Shown here: in pieces, positions 50,063 to 60,961 of the stretch | How positions within the stretch are numbered: position 1 is the stretch's first letter | Layout of the letters: every line of letters begins with the position of its first letter | Source: Candidatus Heimdallarchaeum endolithica | GTDB taxonomy: Archaea; Asgardarchaeota; Heimdallarchaeia; Heimdallarchaeales; Heimdallarchaeaceae | NCBI GenBank assembly: GCA_021513715.1 | Contig: CP084167.1 | Location: 704,001 to 768,000, forward strand | Direction: 5' to 3' | Length of the DNA stretch: 64,000 nt | Notes under the pieces: model-generated | Seen by the model: only the letters and a program-made list of their open reading frames with translations | Databases searched by the model: none | What the model was told of the DNA's origin: nothing | Position numbers and translations under genes: made by a program

Positions 50063-51556
50063 TTGCTTTCGTCATATACTAAAGAATATTTACAACAATT
50101 TAGAGAATCACCAAAAAAAACGATTAATAGATTAAAGTCTAAATTGTCAAAAATTGAAGATGATATCGACAGAATCAACATTCTCTTAACTATTTCCTTT
50201 TTTCACATATCACAAGGTAATTTTCTTGAATCGTTAGAATTTGCGAAAAGAGCTTTAGATCTCTCAAGGAAAGAGAAGGACTTATTTTTGGAAATTCAAT
50301 CTTTTTTATTAATTGCAGAAGCTTACTTTTTCCTTGGAAAATTGAATATTGCTTCTCAAAATATTGAACTAATTGAAATACTCCTTCAAGAAGAAGCTTT
50401 CAAAGATAAAAAAAAGCTTTATACTGAACTTCAAGCTCATTTATGTAAAATTAAGGGTAACATCTCATTTAGTAATAGAGAATATAATAATGCTCTTGAC
50501 TTCTATAAAAAATGTAGCAGATTATATAAAAAAGTTAAAAACAAAGAAGCAGAAGCAAAAATTCTTTCTAATTTAGGTGTAGTAAATCAAAATATTGGTA
50601 AGTATGAAGAAGCAATTAACTACCTAAATAAAGCTAAAAAAATATATGAAGATGTAAATGATCATAGAGGAATAGGAATCTGTTTAAACAACATTGCAGA
50701 AGTTTATAGAATTCAACAAAAATACAAAAAGGCAATTGAATATTACAAACAATCTTTAGAAATAGGAACAAACAAAAATAGTAATTTCATCAGTTTTTTG
50801 GCTTATTTTAATTTAGGTTTAACCTATATGACCATTCAAGAATATGATAAAGCGAAAGTATTTTTTGAAAACAGTGTAAAATTATGTGTTGAAATAGGGA
50901 ATACTAGTTTCTTAGCAATGTCTTACTTTTATTTAGGTAGAATAATTATAAATTCTTCAGACTCAAAAGATGTGAATAAATTCATTTTAGAGATAAAAGA
51001 ACAAGAGTCTATCAACAACTCTTCTGAAATAAAATATGTTCATAAAATCCTACTAGCTTTATTCAAATTAAGTTCAGGGAAAAGAATTGAAAGATGTAAA
51101 GCGATTAAAATCTTTGATGACCTGTTAAATAGCGAAACAAATATTCAAGAATTTTACTTTTACACTGGAATACAACTTTGTAATTTCTTCTTTGAGGAAT
51201 TATATGCATTTGAAAAAAAAGAAATACTGGACGAGTTAAATAGCTTTTTCAACCAGATTCTAGAAAAAATTAATGAACATGAAGATTTTATTTTAGGGTT
51301 ACAAATCATACTATTGTACATCCATTTCCTAGCTTTAATAGATGAAAGATCAACAATGAATAATTATTACAATAAAACAAGAAAGATGCTTGATAATAAG
51401 AATTTAACAAACTTTGAAAAAATAATGGAAGAGTATTGGAAAATTATTCAAGAAGCAATAGAAGACATAAATTGGAGAGAATACACAATTAAAGAGCGAA
51501 TGGAACTACTTGGAATTAAGAAATTACTGGAAAACACAATCGAACGATTTGTTTAA
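50063..51556 (+). CDS. TPR-repeat protein
   Basis: ILSNLGVV, CLNNIAEVY and AYFNLGLTY TPR units. Confidence 0.85.
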   Translation: MLSSYTKEYLQQFRESPKKTINRLKSKLSKIEDDIDRINILLTISFFHISQGNFLESLEFAKRALDLSRKEKDLFLEIQSFLLIAEAYFFLGKLNIASQNIELIEILLQEEAFKDKKKLYTELQAHLCKIKGNISFSNREYNNALDFYKKCSRLYKKVKNKEAEAKILSNLGVVNQNIGKYEEAINYLNKAKKIYEDVNDHRGIGICLNNIAEVYRIQQKYKKAIEYYKQSLEIGTNKNSNFISFLAYFNLGLTYMTIQEYDKAKVFFENSVKLCVEIGNTSFLAMSYFYLGRIIINSSDSKDVNKFILEIKEQESINNSSEIKYVHKILLALFKLSSGKRIERCKAIKIFDDLLNSETNIQEFYFYTGIQLCNFFFEELYAFEKKEILDELNSFFNQILEKINEHEDFILGLQIILLYIHFLALIDERSTMNNYYNKTRKMLDNKNLTNFEKIMEEYWKIIQEAIEDINWREYTIKERMELLGIKKLLENTIERFV

Positions 51557-51616
51557 TAAGTTCATAGTTCTTAAAAATTAAATTTCTTAAAAAACTAAGT
51601 AAAGCATTTAAGATAA

Positions 51617-52450
51617 CTAGAGTTCAATCTCATTACTTAATGACCAGTAGATATTCAGCAACTTAATCAGATTTGTATATACATTCTTTATTTCCTTGTT
51701 TTTTAGAATAACTGGCAATTTAATTTTCAGTTGATGCTTGTCAGCAAAATAGTTAAAGTATAGATAATCAAATATTGGAATATCAATTCTAAAATACTCA
51801 AAATCAATAAAAGAAACCTGATTTTTTTCAACAATTATATTCAAGGGTACAAGATCTCCATGAATGTAACTAATTTTTATTCTTTCAGATTCCATTGATA
51901 GATATAAATTCTTCAAACTATTTCTTATTAGAGAAAATTGTTTAGAAATATGTTTAGGGACAGATAAATTCATTTTTTCATAATTATCCAATATAGTTGA
52001 ATAAAAAGAACTCAATTGTGAATACTGTTCCTTATTTTCCTTTAAACTTAAATTATTATAATTATGAACAAATTCAATAGTTTTTACTAATTCTTCTTCT
52101 ATATTTTTTCTTTCTTCATTTGTCAAATTAATTATTTCTTTTCCTTTAATGTACTTATAACAGAGAATAGTGGAATTATCAGTCCATATTAACTCAGGAG
52201 CAACTTTACCTCCAAAAAGCTCTAGAGCTCTTTTTTCATTTTGCAGTCTTTTTCTTGCTGATATTATAGGATCATTATTATATATTTTACAAACAGAAAG
52301 TGGCTCATCATTTCTGGATTTTATTATGAATTTAGTATTAGAAAAACCTTTTTCCATTTTTATCCATTTCAGCTTTTCTGAAGAATTGAAATGAAAAAAG
52401 ATTCTAACTTTTTTATTTATTAGCTCAATTTGCTTCTCTGATAAAATCAT
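51617..52450 (-). CDS. APH/choline-kinase-fold phosphotransferase, candidate thiamine kinase
   Basis: KGFSN, HGDLVPLNI, FIDFEY; start overlaps thiQ stop. Confidence 0.75.
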   Translation of the reverse strand: MILSEKQIELINKKVRIFFHFNSSEKLKWIKMEKGFSNTKFIIKSRNDEPLSVCKIYNNDPIISARKRLQNEKRALELFGGKVAPELIWTDNSTILCYKYIKGKEIINLTNEERKNIEEELVKTIEFVHNYNNLSLKENKEQYSQLSSFYSTILDNYEKMNLSVPKHISKQFSLIRNSLKNLYLSMESERIKISYIHGDLVPLNIIVEKNQVSFIDFEYFRIDIPIFDYLYFNYFADKHQLKIKLPVILKNKEIKNVYTNLIKLLNIYWSLSNEIEL

Positions 52451-53544
52451 AACAAAATCACTTTTTCTAAAGATATTTCAAGAGTTACATTTTGATTAGC
52501 TTTTAGAGATTTAACTAGTTCCTTGTCTTCAGTGTCAACTTTTAGATATTCAATATTCTCTCCTTGTATTTCCACTACAATCCTAAAGAGATTTTTTCCT
52601 ATTTCAATAACTGATTTTACTAATCCTTTTTGAACAATATTTTCTTGTTTTTTGTTTTTGCTCTTCTGCAACGTTATAATTTTTACTTCTGATGGTGGAA
52701 TCTTTATTCCTGTAATCTTTTTCTTTATTTTAGAACCTGATAGTGGTATTCTCATTTGACCTATTGTTGTATCGAGTATAACCAAACCATCATTTTCTTT
52801 ATTTATAGAATAGAAGGAAACAGGAAATACATTTAGACTACCCATTATTTTTGCTGTTAGAAAATTTAGCGGGTTTCTGTCTACATCTATGATTTTCCCT
52901 ATTTGCTGTATTTTACCATCGTACATTATTGCTACTCTATCCCCAATTAACCTAGCTTCTTCTTGATTATGTGTAACATATAGAGTTGTTGTTTCAGTTT
53001 CTTTTTGAATTCTTCTTATAGTTAAAGCAAGAGACTCTCTTCCAGAAGCATCAATACTTGAGAGAGGTTCATCTAGCAAAAGTATTTTAGGATTAGAGAC
53101 CATACTTCTTGCTAAAGCTACTCTTTGTTTCTGCCCTCCACTTATTTCGTAGGGATATCTTTCTAGTAAATCTTTAATTTCTGTCAATTTAACGATCCAA
53201 TCTAACTTTTCATTAATCAGATCTTTAGATAGTTTTTTAGCTTTTAGACCAAAAGTGACGTTATCTTTTATTTTCATGTGAGGAAAGAGTATTTGTCCTT
53301 GAGGAACGTATCCTATATTTCTTTTTTGAGGAGAAAGGTGTGAGATATCATTTCCATCAACTAAAATTTGTCCTGTTTCATGTTCTAAAATACCCGCTAT
53401 TACCTTCAATAACGATGTTTTTCCACAACCAGATTCACCTAATATTACAACCAGTTCTCCAGATTCTACTTCAAGGTTTAGATTATCTAGAATGTATTTT
53501 CGCTGATATCGCATGGAAAGATCTTTAATTTCTAACTTTGTCAT
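52447..53544 (-). CDS. thiQ: ABC transporter ATPase (thiamine/Fe3+ type)
   Basis: GESGCGKT, ISGGQKQR, LLLDEP, YVTH. Confidence 0.8.
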   Translation of the reverse strand: MTKLEIKDLSMRYQRKYILDNLNLEVESGELVVILGESGCGKTSLLKVIAGILEHETGQILVDGNDISHLSPQKRNIGYVPQGQILFPHMKIKDNVTFGLKAKKLSKDLINEKLDWIVKLTEIKDLLERYPYEISGGQKQRVALARSMVSNPKILLLDEPLSSIDASGRESLALTIRRIQKETETTTLYVTHNQEEARLIGDRVAIMYDGKIQQIGKIIDVDRNPLNFLTAKIMGSLNVFPVSFYSINKENDGLVILDTTIGQMRIPLSGSKIKKKITGIKIPPSEVKIITLQKSKNKKQENIVQKGLVKSVIEIGKNLFRIVVEIQGENIEYLKVDTEDKELVKSLKANQNVTLEISLEKVILL

Positions 53545-53550
53545 TTCTTT

Positions 53551-55287
53551 TTACACCTTCAACTCTATATCACCAAGTTTCTGAATTACAAGAAACGATA
53601 TCACTGTAAGAATTATCAATATACTTGCCATTGTAGCAGGTAACTGAATTGTTTGGGAGATGATTAGTTTGTAAATAGCAATAGATAATGTACCAAAATT
53701 TCCTCTGACTAAAAAGTTTGTTGCCCCAAATTCGCCTAAACTTATAGCAAAGGAGAATATTCCCCCAACAATTAAACTCTTAACAATTAATGGGAATTCA
53801 ATCTTTTTGAAAATAAACAACCTTGAAGCTCCTAATGTAGAAGCTACATTTAACATTTCAACATCTATTCTATTATATGCTGCAAGGATAGAGCGAGTAG
53901 CAAATGGAATGCTAATTAACACATGAGAAAGTATAATCAAAACCCAAACATAGTTAAGATATACTTCTGTTGTTCTATACTTCAAAAATAACCCTAAAGC
54001 TAAAGTAATGGAAGAAGTTGCCATAGGTAGAATAATCACGTAGGAAATGAAATTTTCAACAATTGAATGTTTATAATTTCTTATCTTATTATATTTTATT
54101 CTCAAAATAAGTACTATCAATAATGAAAAAAATAGAGTTATTACTGTTGCTGAAAAAGAAAAGAGGATAGTGTTAATAAGCATTCTAAATGGAGAATTTC
54201 CAAGAATTGCCATATACTCCGAAGAAAGAAGAGTGATGTACCCCCATAGAGGAGATATACCTTTAGTGAAAGGAATGAAAGATTCTATTATTACTGCTAT
54301 CATTGGAGAAAAACTGAAAAACATTACAAAAAGCGTAATCATACTAAGGAAAAGAAAACTTAGTTTTTCCATTAAAGGAGTATTTCTTAATTTGATAGGC
54401 TTTGGTTTAATTCCTTTTTCCTTTCCTCTTGCCATTTGTCTGGTTCTATTTTCAAAAAACAAATAGATTATAATTATCAGAGTATTAATTAATATCTGTA
54501 TAAGTGCAAGTGAAGAACCCTCTGTAAATTTCAGAGAATTTTTTATTAATTTATAGATTCTTACTTCAAGGGTTTGATACTTTACTTCTCCTAAATATAA
54601 TACTATTGCAAAACTGTTGAAACAGTAGATGAAAACAAGTAAAGCAGCTGAAACAATGAAATTAATAAGTTGTGGAAAAACTATTTTCCTAAATATTGTT
54701 AAATTCTTAACGCCTAAAGTTTTAGAAACTTCAACTTGTTCATAATCTAGGTTCATCCAAGCAGGAATCATTAGTCTAATTATTACAGACAAGTTATAGA
54801 AAACATGAGCTGCAATAATTCCTTCCACTGTTCCAAAGATATTAAATAATGATCTATCTGTTTGAAAAATTGCTTTCCAAATAATGTTTAACCACCCATT
54901 TTCTCCATAAGTTATTACAAAACCTAGAAGAACAACAATTGGAGGTAAAACAAAAGGAACAGTTAATAAGTTAAGAACTAGATCTTTCCCTCTAAATTTG
55001 TATTTAGCAAAAAAATAGCTCACTGGGATTCCAAAAGATAAGCATATAATTGTTGATATAAACGCTTGGTTAAAACTGAAAGCAAGAAATCTCATATTGC
55101 TTGATTGAGTAATAGTACTCCAAAAAACAGAAAAAACAGTTGCATCACTTGAATCTCCTTTTTGAAAAGCAAAAGAAAGGATTTTAATCAAGGGTAAATA
55201 AAAGAAGGAAAGAAGAAAAGAGAATAGTGCTATTAAAGCTATTATCATTACCAGTTTTTCTACATGTTTATCTATGCTTCTTTCCAT
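53551..55287 (-). CDS. thiP: ABC transporter permease, two repeats (ThiP/FbpB type)
   Basis: PFVLPPIV, AHVFYN, two EAA-like loops, SLGEFGAT; start MERSID chosen. Confidence 0.8.
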   Translation of the reverse strand: MERSIDKHVEKLVMIIALIALFSFLLSFFYLPLIKILSFAFQKGDSSDATVFSVFWSTITQSSNMRFLAFSFNQAFISTIICLSFGIPVSYFFAKYKFRGKDLVLNLLTVPFVLPPIVVLLGFVITYGENGWLNIIWKAIFQTDRSLFNIFGTVEGIIAAHVFYNLSVIIRLMIPAWMNLDYEQVEVSKTLGVKNLTIFRKIVFPQLINFIVSAALLVFIYCFNSFAIVLYLGEVKYQTLEVRIYKLIKNSLKFTEGSSLALIQILINTLIIIIYLFFENRTRQMARGKEKGIKPKPIKLRNTPLMEKLSFLFLSMITLFVMFFSFSPMIAVIIESFIPFTKGISPLWGYITLLSSEYMAILGNSPFRMLINTILFSFSATVITLFFSLLIVLILRIKYNKIRNYKHSIVENFISYVIILPMATSSITLALGLFLKYRTTEVYLNYVWVLIILSHVLISIPFATRSILAAYNRIDVEMLNVASTLGASRLFIFKKIEFPLIVKSLIVGGIFSFAISLGEFGATNFLVRGNFGTLSIAIYKLIISQTIQLPATMASILIILTVISFLVIQKLGDIELKV

Positions 55288-55318
55288 TCTTCTTCTAAAA
55301 GATAGTAAAATAACCACC

Positions 55319-56566
55319 TTATCTATTTTTCTTCCTTGTGGAAAAGGACACCAATGAGACAAAAATCAAACTAAGAAGAATAAAACTTGAAGCAGAGTAT
55401 TCAGTTTTCTTGGTTCCTTCAATAATCACTGTTTCCCAATCAGTTTTCCACTTATCCAAGTTATCATGCATAACAGTAGGAGAAACTAAATCATTTAATA
55501 TATCTACATCATCAGGATTAATAGCTGCATTAAGGAAACAATCAGAAACATATGCATTGTCATTTGCAGGATACATCCATTGATTAAGAGGTATATGATC
55601 TTGTAAATCTGTACTTAAAAACCAATCAATAAACTTCTTAGCAGTTTGTTCATGGAGAGCATTATTTACCAAACCTATTCCTTCAATTTGTAACCATGCG
55701 TTATTCTTTCCTTGCTCATGAGTAACAATAGACTTGGAAGGTTGTTCTACTCCTGGACCTACACCCCATTGAGGATGGCAAACATCATAAGCAGGACTAG
55801 TGCCATAACTTATCATAATTGGCCTGTCTTCACTTTCAGAGTAATAAATGTCAAAAGCTGCCCCCCAGCTAGGAGAAATCCGAAGATCATCAGAAGTCTG
55901 TTTCCACCATTCTCTCCAATCTTGGCCTAATAAACCTGTTAGATTTATTTCAGGATCTCCATAAACAGCTATTGTCCATAGAAGAAAACCTAATCCAGGA
56001 GAACTTAGTGTTGGATCTTCAACTACAATCTTTTTATCTAAATCATTTTCAATTATCCCTTCCAACGTTAAATCTTCTAAAGCTGGAGTAGAACTAGTAT
56101 TTATTCTGCTTCTATCATACCATAAAGCAATAATTCCATAATCGTAAGGTAAAACATATTTTTCTGGGTCTAAATTTTGTACTAGTTCAGTAGAAACATT
56201 AACTAAAGAGGGTGAATCATAAGTTTGCAAAATTCCTTCGTCTTTTGCTGTATGTATTAGAACATTGTCTATTCCTATTAAAACATCTGCAACAGGATTT
56301 TCCTTTTCAAGAGATGCTTGAGTTACAATCGTGTTTGCATCCTCAAATAATACCAGCTTTATCTTATCTTTAGGAATGCCACTGTAATTTGCAAAAGCAC
56401 CAATATAATCAAAACCAGGGTCAGCAAGCAAGGATTCATAAGTGTAAATGACCAAATCATAATCTTCTGCATTAATTTTGTTATATCCATTGGCAGAATT
56501 ACAACTATTAAGTACTACAAAAACAAAGAGCATACTAACCATCAATTTCTTATTTTTTAGTTTCAT
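55319..56566 (-). CDS. thiB: Thiamine ABC transporter substrate-binding protein with C-terminal membrane anchor
   Basis: LVIYTYES, ADVLIGIDN, PYDYG, DPTLSSPGLGFL, SYGTSPAY, QIEG, NQWMYP. Confidence 0.88.
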   Translation of the reverse strand: MKLKNKKLMVSMLFVFVVLNSCNSANGYNKINAEDYDLVIYTYESLLADPGFDYIGAFANYSGIPKDKIKLVLFEDANTIVTQASLEKENPVADVLIGIDNVLIHTAKDEGILQTYDSPSLVNVSTELVQNLDPEKYVLPYDYGIIALWYDRSRINTSSTPALEDLTLEGIIENDLDKKIVVEDPTLSSPGLGFLLWTIAVYGDPEINLTGLLGQDWREWWKQTSDDLRISPSWGAAFDIYYSESEDRPIMISYGTSPAYDVCHPQWGVGPGVEQPSKSIVTHEQGKNNAWLQIEGIGLVNNALHEQTAKKFIDWFLSTDLQDHIPLNQWMYPANDNAYVSDCFLNAAINPDDVDILNDLVSPTVMHDNLDKWKTDWETVIIEGTKKTEYSASSFILLSLIFVSLVSFSTRKKNR

Positions 56567-56682
56567 GATTTAAACTATCAAAGACTATTTAAAAAATATA
56601 TGCTCCCTCTATACCCCCCATATACCCTATTATTCGACAAAAAGCGGAAAAGTATAAATATTGATCAAAGAAAAAAAATAGT

Positions 56683-56973
56683 ATGTCAAAGTCATTAAAA
56701 CTTCCACCATATAAAAAAGAAGCAAGTTGCACACAATTTTGCTTAGTTAGACCAATAATGAACATTTTGTACGGAATAATCGCATTTTTTGTTTTATTCA
56801 TTTATGGGATAATAATAGGAATTACTTCTTTCATTAACTGTTTCACTGTTGTGTGCTCTAAAACAAGATGGGAAACTCATTACAATGTAGTTGCTAAATT
56901 AGCTTTTTGGATAGCTCACTTCAGTATGTATTTATCCAACGCAACAGATGATACACCACCCTTATGTCCATGA
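56683..56973 (+). CDS. DUF4389-like small membrane protein
   Basis: Hydrophobic core and C-terminal YLSNATDDTPP. Confidence 0.65.
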   Translation: MSKSLKLPPYKKEASCTQFCLVRPIMNILYGIIAFFVLFIYGIIIGITSFINCFTVVCSKTRWETHYNVVAKLAFWIAHFSMYLSNATDDTPPLCP

Positions 56974-57026
56974 GTTTCTTTTTTATTTTTTCTAAACATT
57001 TAAAACGCTTAGTCTTAGTGTAGTTT

Positions 57027-57719
57027 ATGCAAGAGTTAAAAAAAGAAGAAATTGAAAGCCCTTACCTTGATGATGAGATTCACCTTAAAAAGCTCTCTCC
57101 TCTTCATGTATATTGGGAGTTAATCAAAATTTCTGCATGGAAAAACTTTGCTCATCATCCAACTTGTAGTGTATACAAAAACCACTATTTTAACATTGGA
57201 GGACTAAAACTCTGTGTAGGTTGTACAAGTCTTTATTCAGCTTTATTCATTGAAATGATTCTTTATTTTATTTTTAGAGATATTGTATCAAATTATATTG
57301 TTTATATTACTATTGCTGGACTTATTGGTTTTAGTTCTGCAGTAATCCAGTATTATACTAAACCAGAAAATAAATGGATAAAAGCTATATTCAGATTTAT
57401 TTTAGGACTGGGAATAGGTAGTTATCTGGTAATAGTACTTATCACACCTAAATGGTGGTTAAAACTTATTTTAGCATCAATCCTTATTTTAAGTGGATCA
57501 TTGTATAGTATTATGAGAGGAAAAGCAAATATTCAATATTGTGATATTTGCCCTTTACACAACTCTGAACCGTATTGTGATCCTTTTGAAAATACAAGAA
57601 TTAAAGCAGAAAAAATAAATAAACTAGTTGATGAACAAATCAGATTAATTCAAGAAAAAAAAGCAGAGAAATGGAGAATGAAACATGAAAAAAAGAATGA
57701 AGAAGATAAGGAAGAATAA
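57027..57719 (+). CDS. Membrane protein with Cys/His motifs (DUF2085-like)
   Basis: HHPTC..H...LCVGC, 4 TM helices, CDICP. Confidence 0.6.
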   Translation: MQELKKEEIESPYLDDEIHLKKLSPLHVYWELIKISAWKNFAHHPTCSVYKNHYFNIGGLKLCVGCTSLYSALFIEMILYFIFRDIVSNYIVYITIAGLIGFSSAVIQYYTKPENKWIKAIFRFILGLGIGSYLVIVLITPKWWLKLILASILILSGSLYSIMRGKANIQYCDICPLHNSEPYCDPFENTRIKAEKINKLVDEQIRLIQEKKAEKWRMKHEKKNEEDKEE

Positions 57720-57740
57720 ATTTACTTATTTCACTATTTT

Positions 57741-58940
57741 CTAATCACTCATCCGATCTTTAACTGTTAACAATGCTAGAACAAAGAAAATTACTATCAT
57801 TCCTGTAAGGATAACAAAATCTAACCATAGTTCTTTAAATCCCCAACCTTTCAGCATTATTCCTTTTATAATATTCACCCCATAAGTTAGAGGAAACACG
57901 TATGATAGTGGTTCAAGCCAATCAGGAAGACTATAAATAGGTATAAGCATCCCACTTACTGCCATTCCAGGAATGATTATAACTGGTGTAAATTGAATTG
58001 CTTGGAACTCATTTTCTGCATAGTTAGAAAGGAATAGAGATAAAAAGATATGAACCATTCCAAATAAAATAAAACTAGTAAATAGGAGTAAGATACTCCC
58101 TCTTACTTCAATACCAAAAACAAATATTCCAAAAATCATTATTGCAAAAATCATCAACAAACCAATTATAGTTAATCCAAAAACATACCCTAGCATTCTC
58201 TCTGTTGCAGTTAAAGGTGTAGAGTATAATCTCGATTCTGTACCACTTATTTTTTCTCTGATCAATGTAACTAAAGAGATAAGAAGAAGCAGGAAAGATA
58301 GCACATAAGCCATTGAAGCTGACATCCCAACCTCTAAACCAGTATATTCTGACCCGCCATGGGCTATAATTTGGTTAATTTGTATTCCTTGGCTCCCCCT
58401 AATTTCTGCTAAAGCATCATAAATAGAGTTTAGAACACTTGCTCTTACATTTGGTTCAGTTGCATCTATATACACTTTTATCTCAATAACAGTACTGTAA
58501 CCCATTGACAATCTGTACATACTTTCTGAGAAATTTGAAGGAATTAATATTGCAGCTATATATTTTCCTTCTTCCACTTTTTGAATATTCTCTTCATATG
58601 AACCTAAACTAACATCTACTCTTGTATCATTTATTAGAAAATCAGTAATATTTGTTCCAATGTCTAGTGAAATAGGACCAATATCAAAACCTTCATCTTG
58701 ATTATCTAAAATTATTGGAACATCTTTAACTTCTCCACTAAAAGCTAAACCAAAAACAACCATTATAATAGAGGGTACAACAATAAGAAGACCTAAAGTC
58801 CTAGGATCTCTCTTAAATGAATTGAGAATCCTAATTGTTACAGCTATAACTCTTTTCCAAGAAAAAGTCTTTATTTCTTGGTTTTTCTTTGCTTTCTTTT
58901 GTTCTTTGTTTATATTTTTATTTGTAACTTTGTCCTTCAT
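57741..58940 (-). CDS. ABC-2 type exporter permease
   Basis: RDPRTL, REKISGT.SRL..TP, LSG...P...LP.W, PLTY. Confidence 0.9.
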   Translation of the reverse strand: MKDKVTNKNINKEQKKAKKNQEIKTFSWKRVIAVTIRILNSFKRDPRTLGLLIVVPSIIMVVFGLAFSGEVKDVPIILDNQDEGFDIGPISLDIGTNITDFLINDTRVDVSLGSYEENIQKVEEGKYIAAILIPSNFSESMYRLSMGYSTVIEIKVYIDATEPNVRASVLNSIYDALAEIRGSQGIQINQIIAHGGSEYTGLEVGMSASMAYVLSFLLLLISLVTLIREKISGTESRLYSTPLTATERMLGYVFGLTIIGLLMIFAIMIFGIFVFGIEVRGSILLLFTSFILFGMVHIFLSLFLSNYAENEFQAIQFTPVIIIPGMAVSGMLIPIYSLPDWLEPLSYVFPLTYGVNIIKGIMLKGWGFKELWLDFVILTGMIVIFFVLALLTVKDRMSD

Positions 58941-59683
58941 TTACTTTCCTCCACATCACTTAATTTTATGAATATCTCCTCTATTGTACTTGTATGATAC
59001 TTATCTTTCAGTTCGGAAGGAATACCTTCCTCAATTAACTTTCCTTTTCTCATTAACCCTATTCTGTCAGCCCTCTCTGCTTCATCCATAACATGTGAGG
59101 TTAGAATTATTGTCTTTTCTAGTTCTTTAACCAATGACCTAAAATAATTCCAGAAGAACTTCCGTTGAACTGGATCTATACCTACAGTAGCCTCATCAAA
59201 AAACAATATAATAGGATCATGAATAAGAGCACAAGCAATACTTACTCTTCGCTTCATCCCTCCAGACAAATTTTTAACAACTGTCTTTCTTTTTTCATGT
59301 AAAGAGAGTATAGTTAGTAAATGATCTAATCTTTCTTTAAAGTAAGACTTAGACTGCCCATAAAGAAGTGAAAAGAAACGAACATTTTCTTCTAATGTGA
59401 GTTCATTATAAAGAGAATATTCTTGGGGAGCAATACCTATAAAATTGGCTGTTTTTTTTCTATCTTTTGGAACAATATAATCAAGAAGTCTAACTTTTCC
59501 TGAAGTAGGATAAAGAGCTCCAGTTAGAACATTAATCGTAGTAGTTTTTCCAGAACCGTTTGCACCTATTAATGCGTAAATCTCACCTCTTTTAATTCGT
59601 AAATTGAGGTTATCTATAGCCTTTATATTCCCCGTTTTGTAGATTTTTACAAGATCTTCAACTTCTATAATATAATTACTCAT
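58937..59683 (-). CDS. ABC exporter ATPase
   Basis: GANGSGKTT, LSGGMKRR, FFDEATVGIDP, TSH. Confidence 0.92.
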   Translation of the reverse strand: MSNYIIEVEDLVKIYKTGNIKAIDNLNLRIKRGEIYALIGANGSGKTTTINVLTGALYPTSGKVRLLDYIVPKDRKKTANFIGIAPQEYSLYNELTLEENVRFFSLLYGQSKSYFKERLDHLLTILSLHEKRKTVVKNLSGGMKRRVSIACALIHDPIILFFDEATVGIDPVQRKFFWNYFRSLVKELEKTIILTSHVMDEAERADRIGLMRKGKLIEEGIPSELKDKYHTSTIEEIFIKLSDVEESK

Positions 59684-59843
59684 GTTGAGTTTTTTTTTAG
59701 AAAATAGATATATAAAATTATTTTAGAAAATTGAAATTTTAGTATCAAATTTGAAAACCAAAAAAATAAACTTTTTCTATCACTCTGAAACAACAAATAA
59801 ACAAATCAATAAAATGATGTAAATTATAAAAAAATGGTAGGAG

Positions 59844-60323
59844 CTATCTTTTCTTAACGTAAATGCCATTAGGAAAAACAGAATAAAAAGCTTCTTTGTA
59901 TTTTTTAGATCTAAAAAAACCCATAATCCTTCCACTACTATGATAAAAATGAGCATAGAATCTAGAAACTTTACGCCTTAATAAAAGGTGAAAAGTCAAA
60001 AATCCTATAGAAGGAGCGAGTATAATTAAACCTAGTAGTTCAGGACCATCACTAAAGAATCCAAAAGTCCAAAGGAAACTTAAAAGTGATAATAACGATA
60101 GTATAGCTACAGAAAAAATAAATCTCAGTTTACCAATATTGTAACAATTTTTACAAATATAGGTTGTAACATTGAGTTTTGCAGATTGAGTTTTAGTGTA
60201 TCCTTGATATTGTGTTTGGCTTAATAGCTGATTCCAAACATATTGTTGTTTAACTAATTGACTTTTATTCTCATTACCGCATCTTACACACATAACTGGC
60301 CAAGACATAAGAAAAATATTCAC
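59844..60323 (-). CDS. Hypothetical membrane protein with CxxC pairs
   Basis: WPVMCVRC...CKNC followed by two TM helices. Confidence 0.6.
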   Translation of the reverse strand: MNIFLMSWPVMCVRCGNENKSQLVKQQYVWNQLLSQTQYQGYTKTQSAKLNVTTYICKNCYNIGKLRFIFSVAILSLLSLLSFLWTFGFFSDGPELLGLIILAPSIGFLTFHLLLRRKVSRFYAHFYHSSGRIMGFFRSKKYKEAFYSVFPNGIYVKKR

Positions 60324-60431
60324 ATAATTATAAAAAGATTGTTAAATATTTATCAATTCAAGAAAAATCAAAAAAAAACACATTTTTTAATGTAAATGTT
60401 TAAATTCCAGAAATTCATATTATCTTAAATT

Positions 60432-60904
60432 ATGAAAGACTTACAAGGTGAAATTAGAAAAATATTGAAAAAAATAACTGGTTAGTTATATCAACTATAA
60501 GTAAAAATAACCTTCCTCAGAGTTCTGTTGTAATGTACAATAGTGATGGTAAAGAAATATACTTTGTCACTGGAAAGAATACTCTGAAAACTAAAAACAT
60601 TCAATTTAATGATAATGTTTCTATAACGATTCCATTCTACAGAAATTTATTTCACAAACTGATTCCTGCTCCTCCGGCAGAAATTCACTTTAAAGCTAAA
60701 GCTCAAATTGTATCTAAACAAGATGAAAAAGCAAGAGAAGTATTGAAAGAAATAATAGAATTTGAAGAAAAAACTGGAACTACAGAAGAATCGATTTGGA
60801 TAAAAGTGACTACAGGACGAAAAATCGCTACTTACGGTGTAGGAGTCAAACTTCTTGATATGAGAAAACCAGAAAAAGCAAGGAATATTGTTGAAATAAA
60901 CTAG
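60432..60904 (+). CDS. Pyridoxamine 5'-phosphate oxidase-like (FMN split-barrel) protein, frameshifted in an A7 run
   Basis: MKDLQGEIRKILK joins NNWLVISTISKNNLPQSSVVMY if one A is added at 60468-60474; TLKTKNI..N..VS motif. Confidence 0.7.
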
Positions 60905-60961
60905 TCTTAATGTACGGATAATATTTACTCTTATAAATAACAGCAATAAAGTTGTACTGCC

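Noticed and set aside
56567-56682. TPP riboswitch upstream of thiB
   Set aside because: No CTGAGA core or compatible stems were seen
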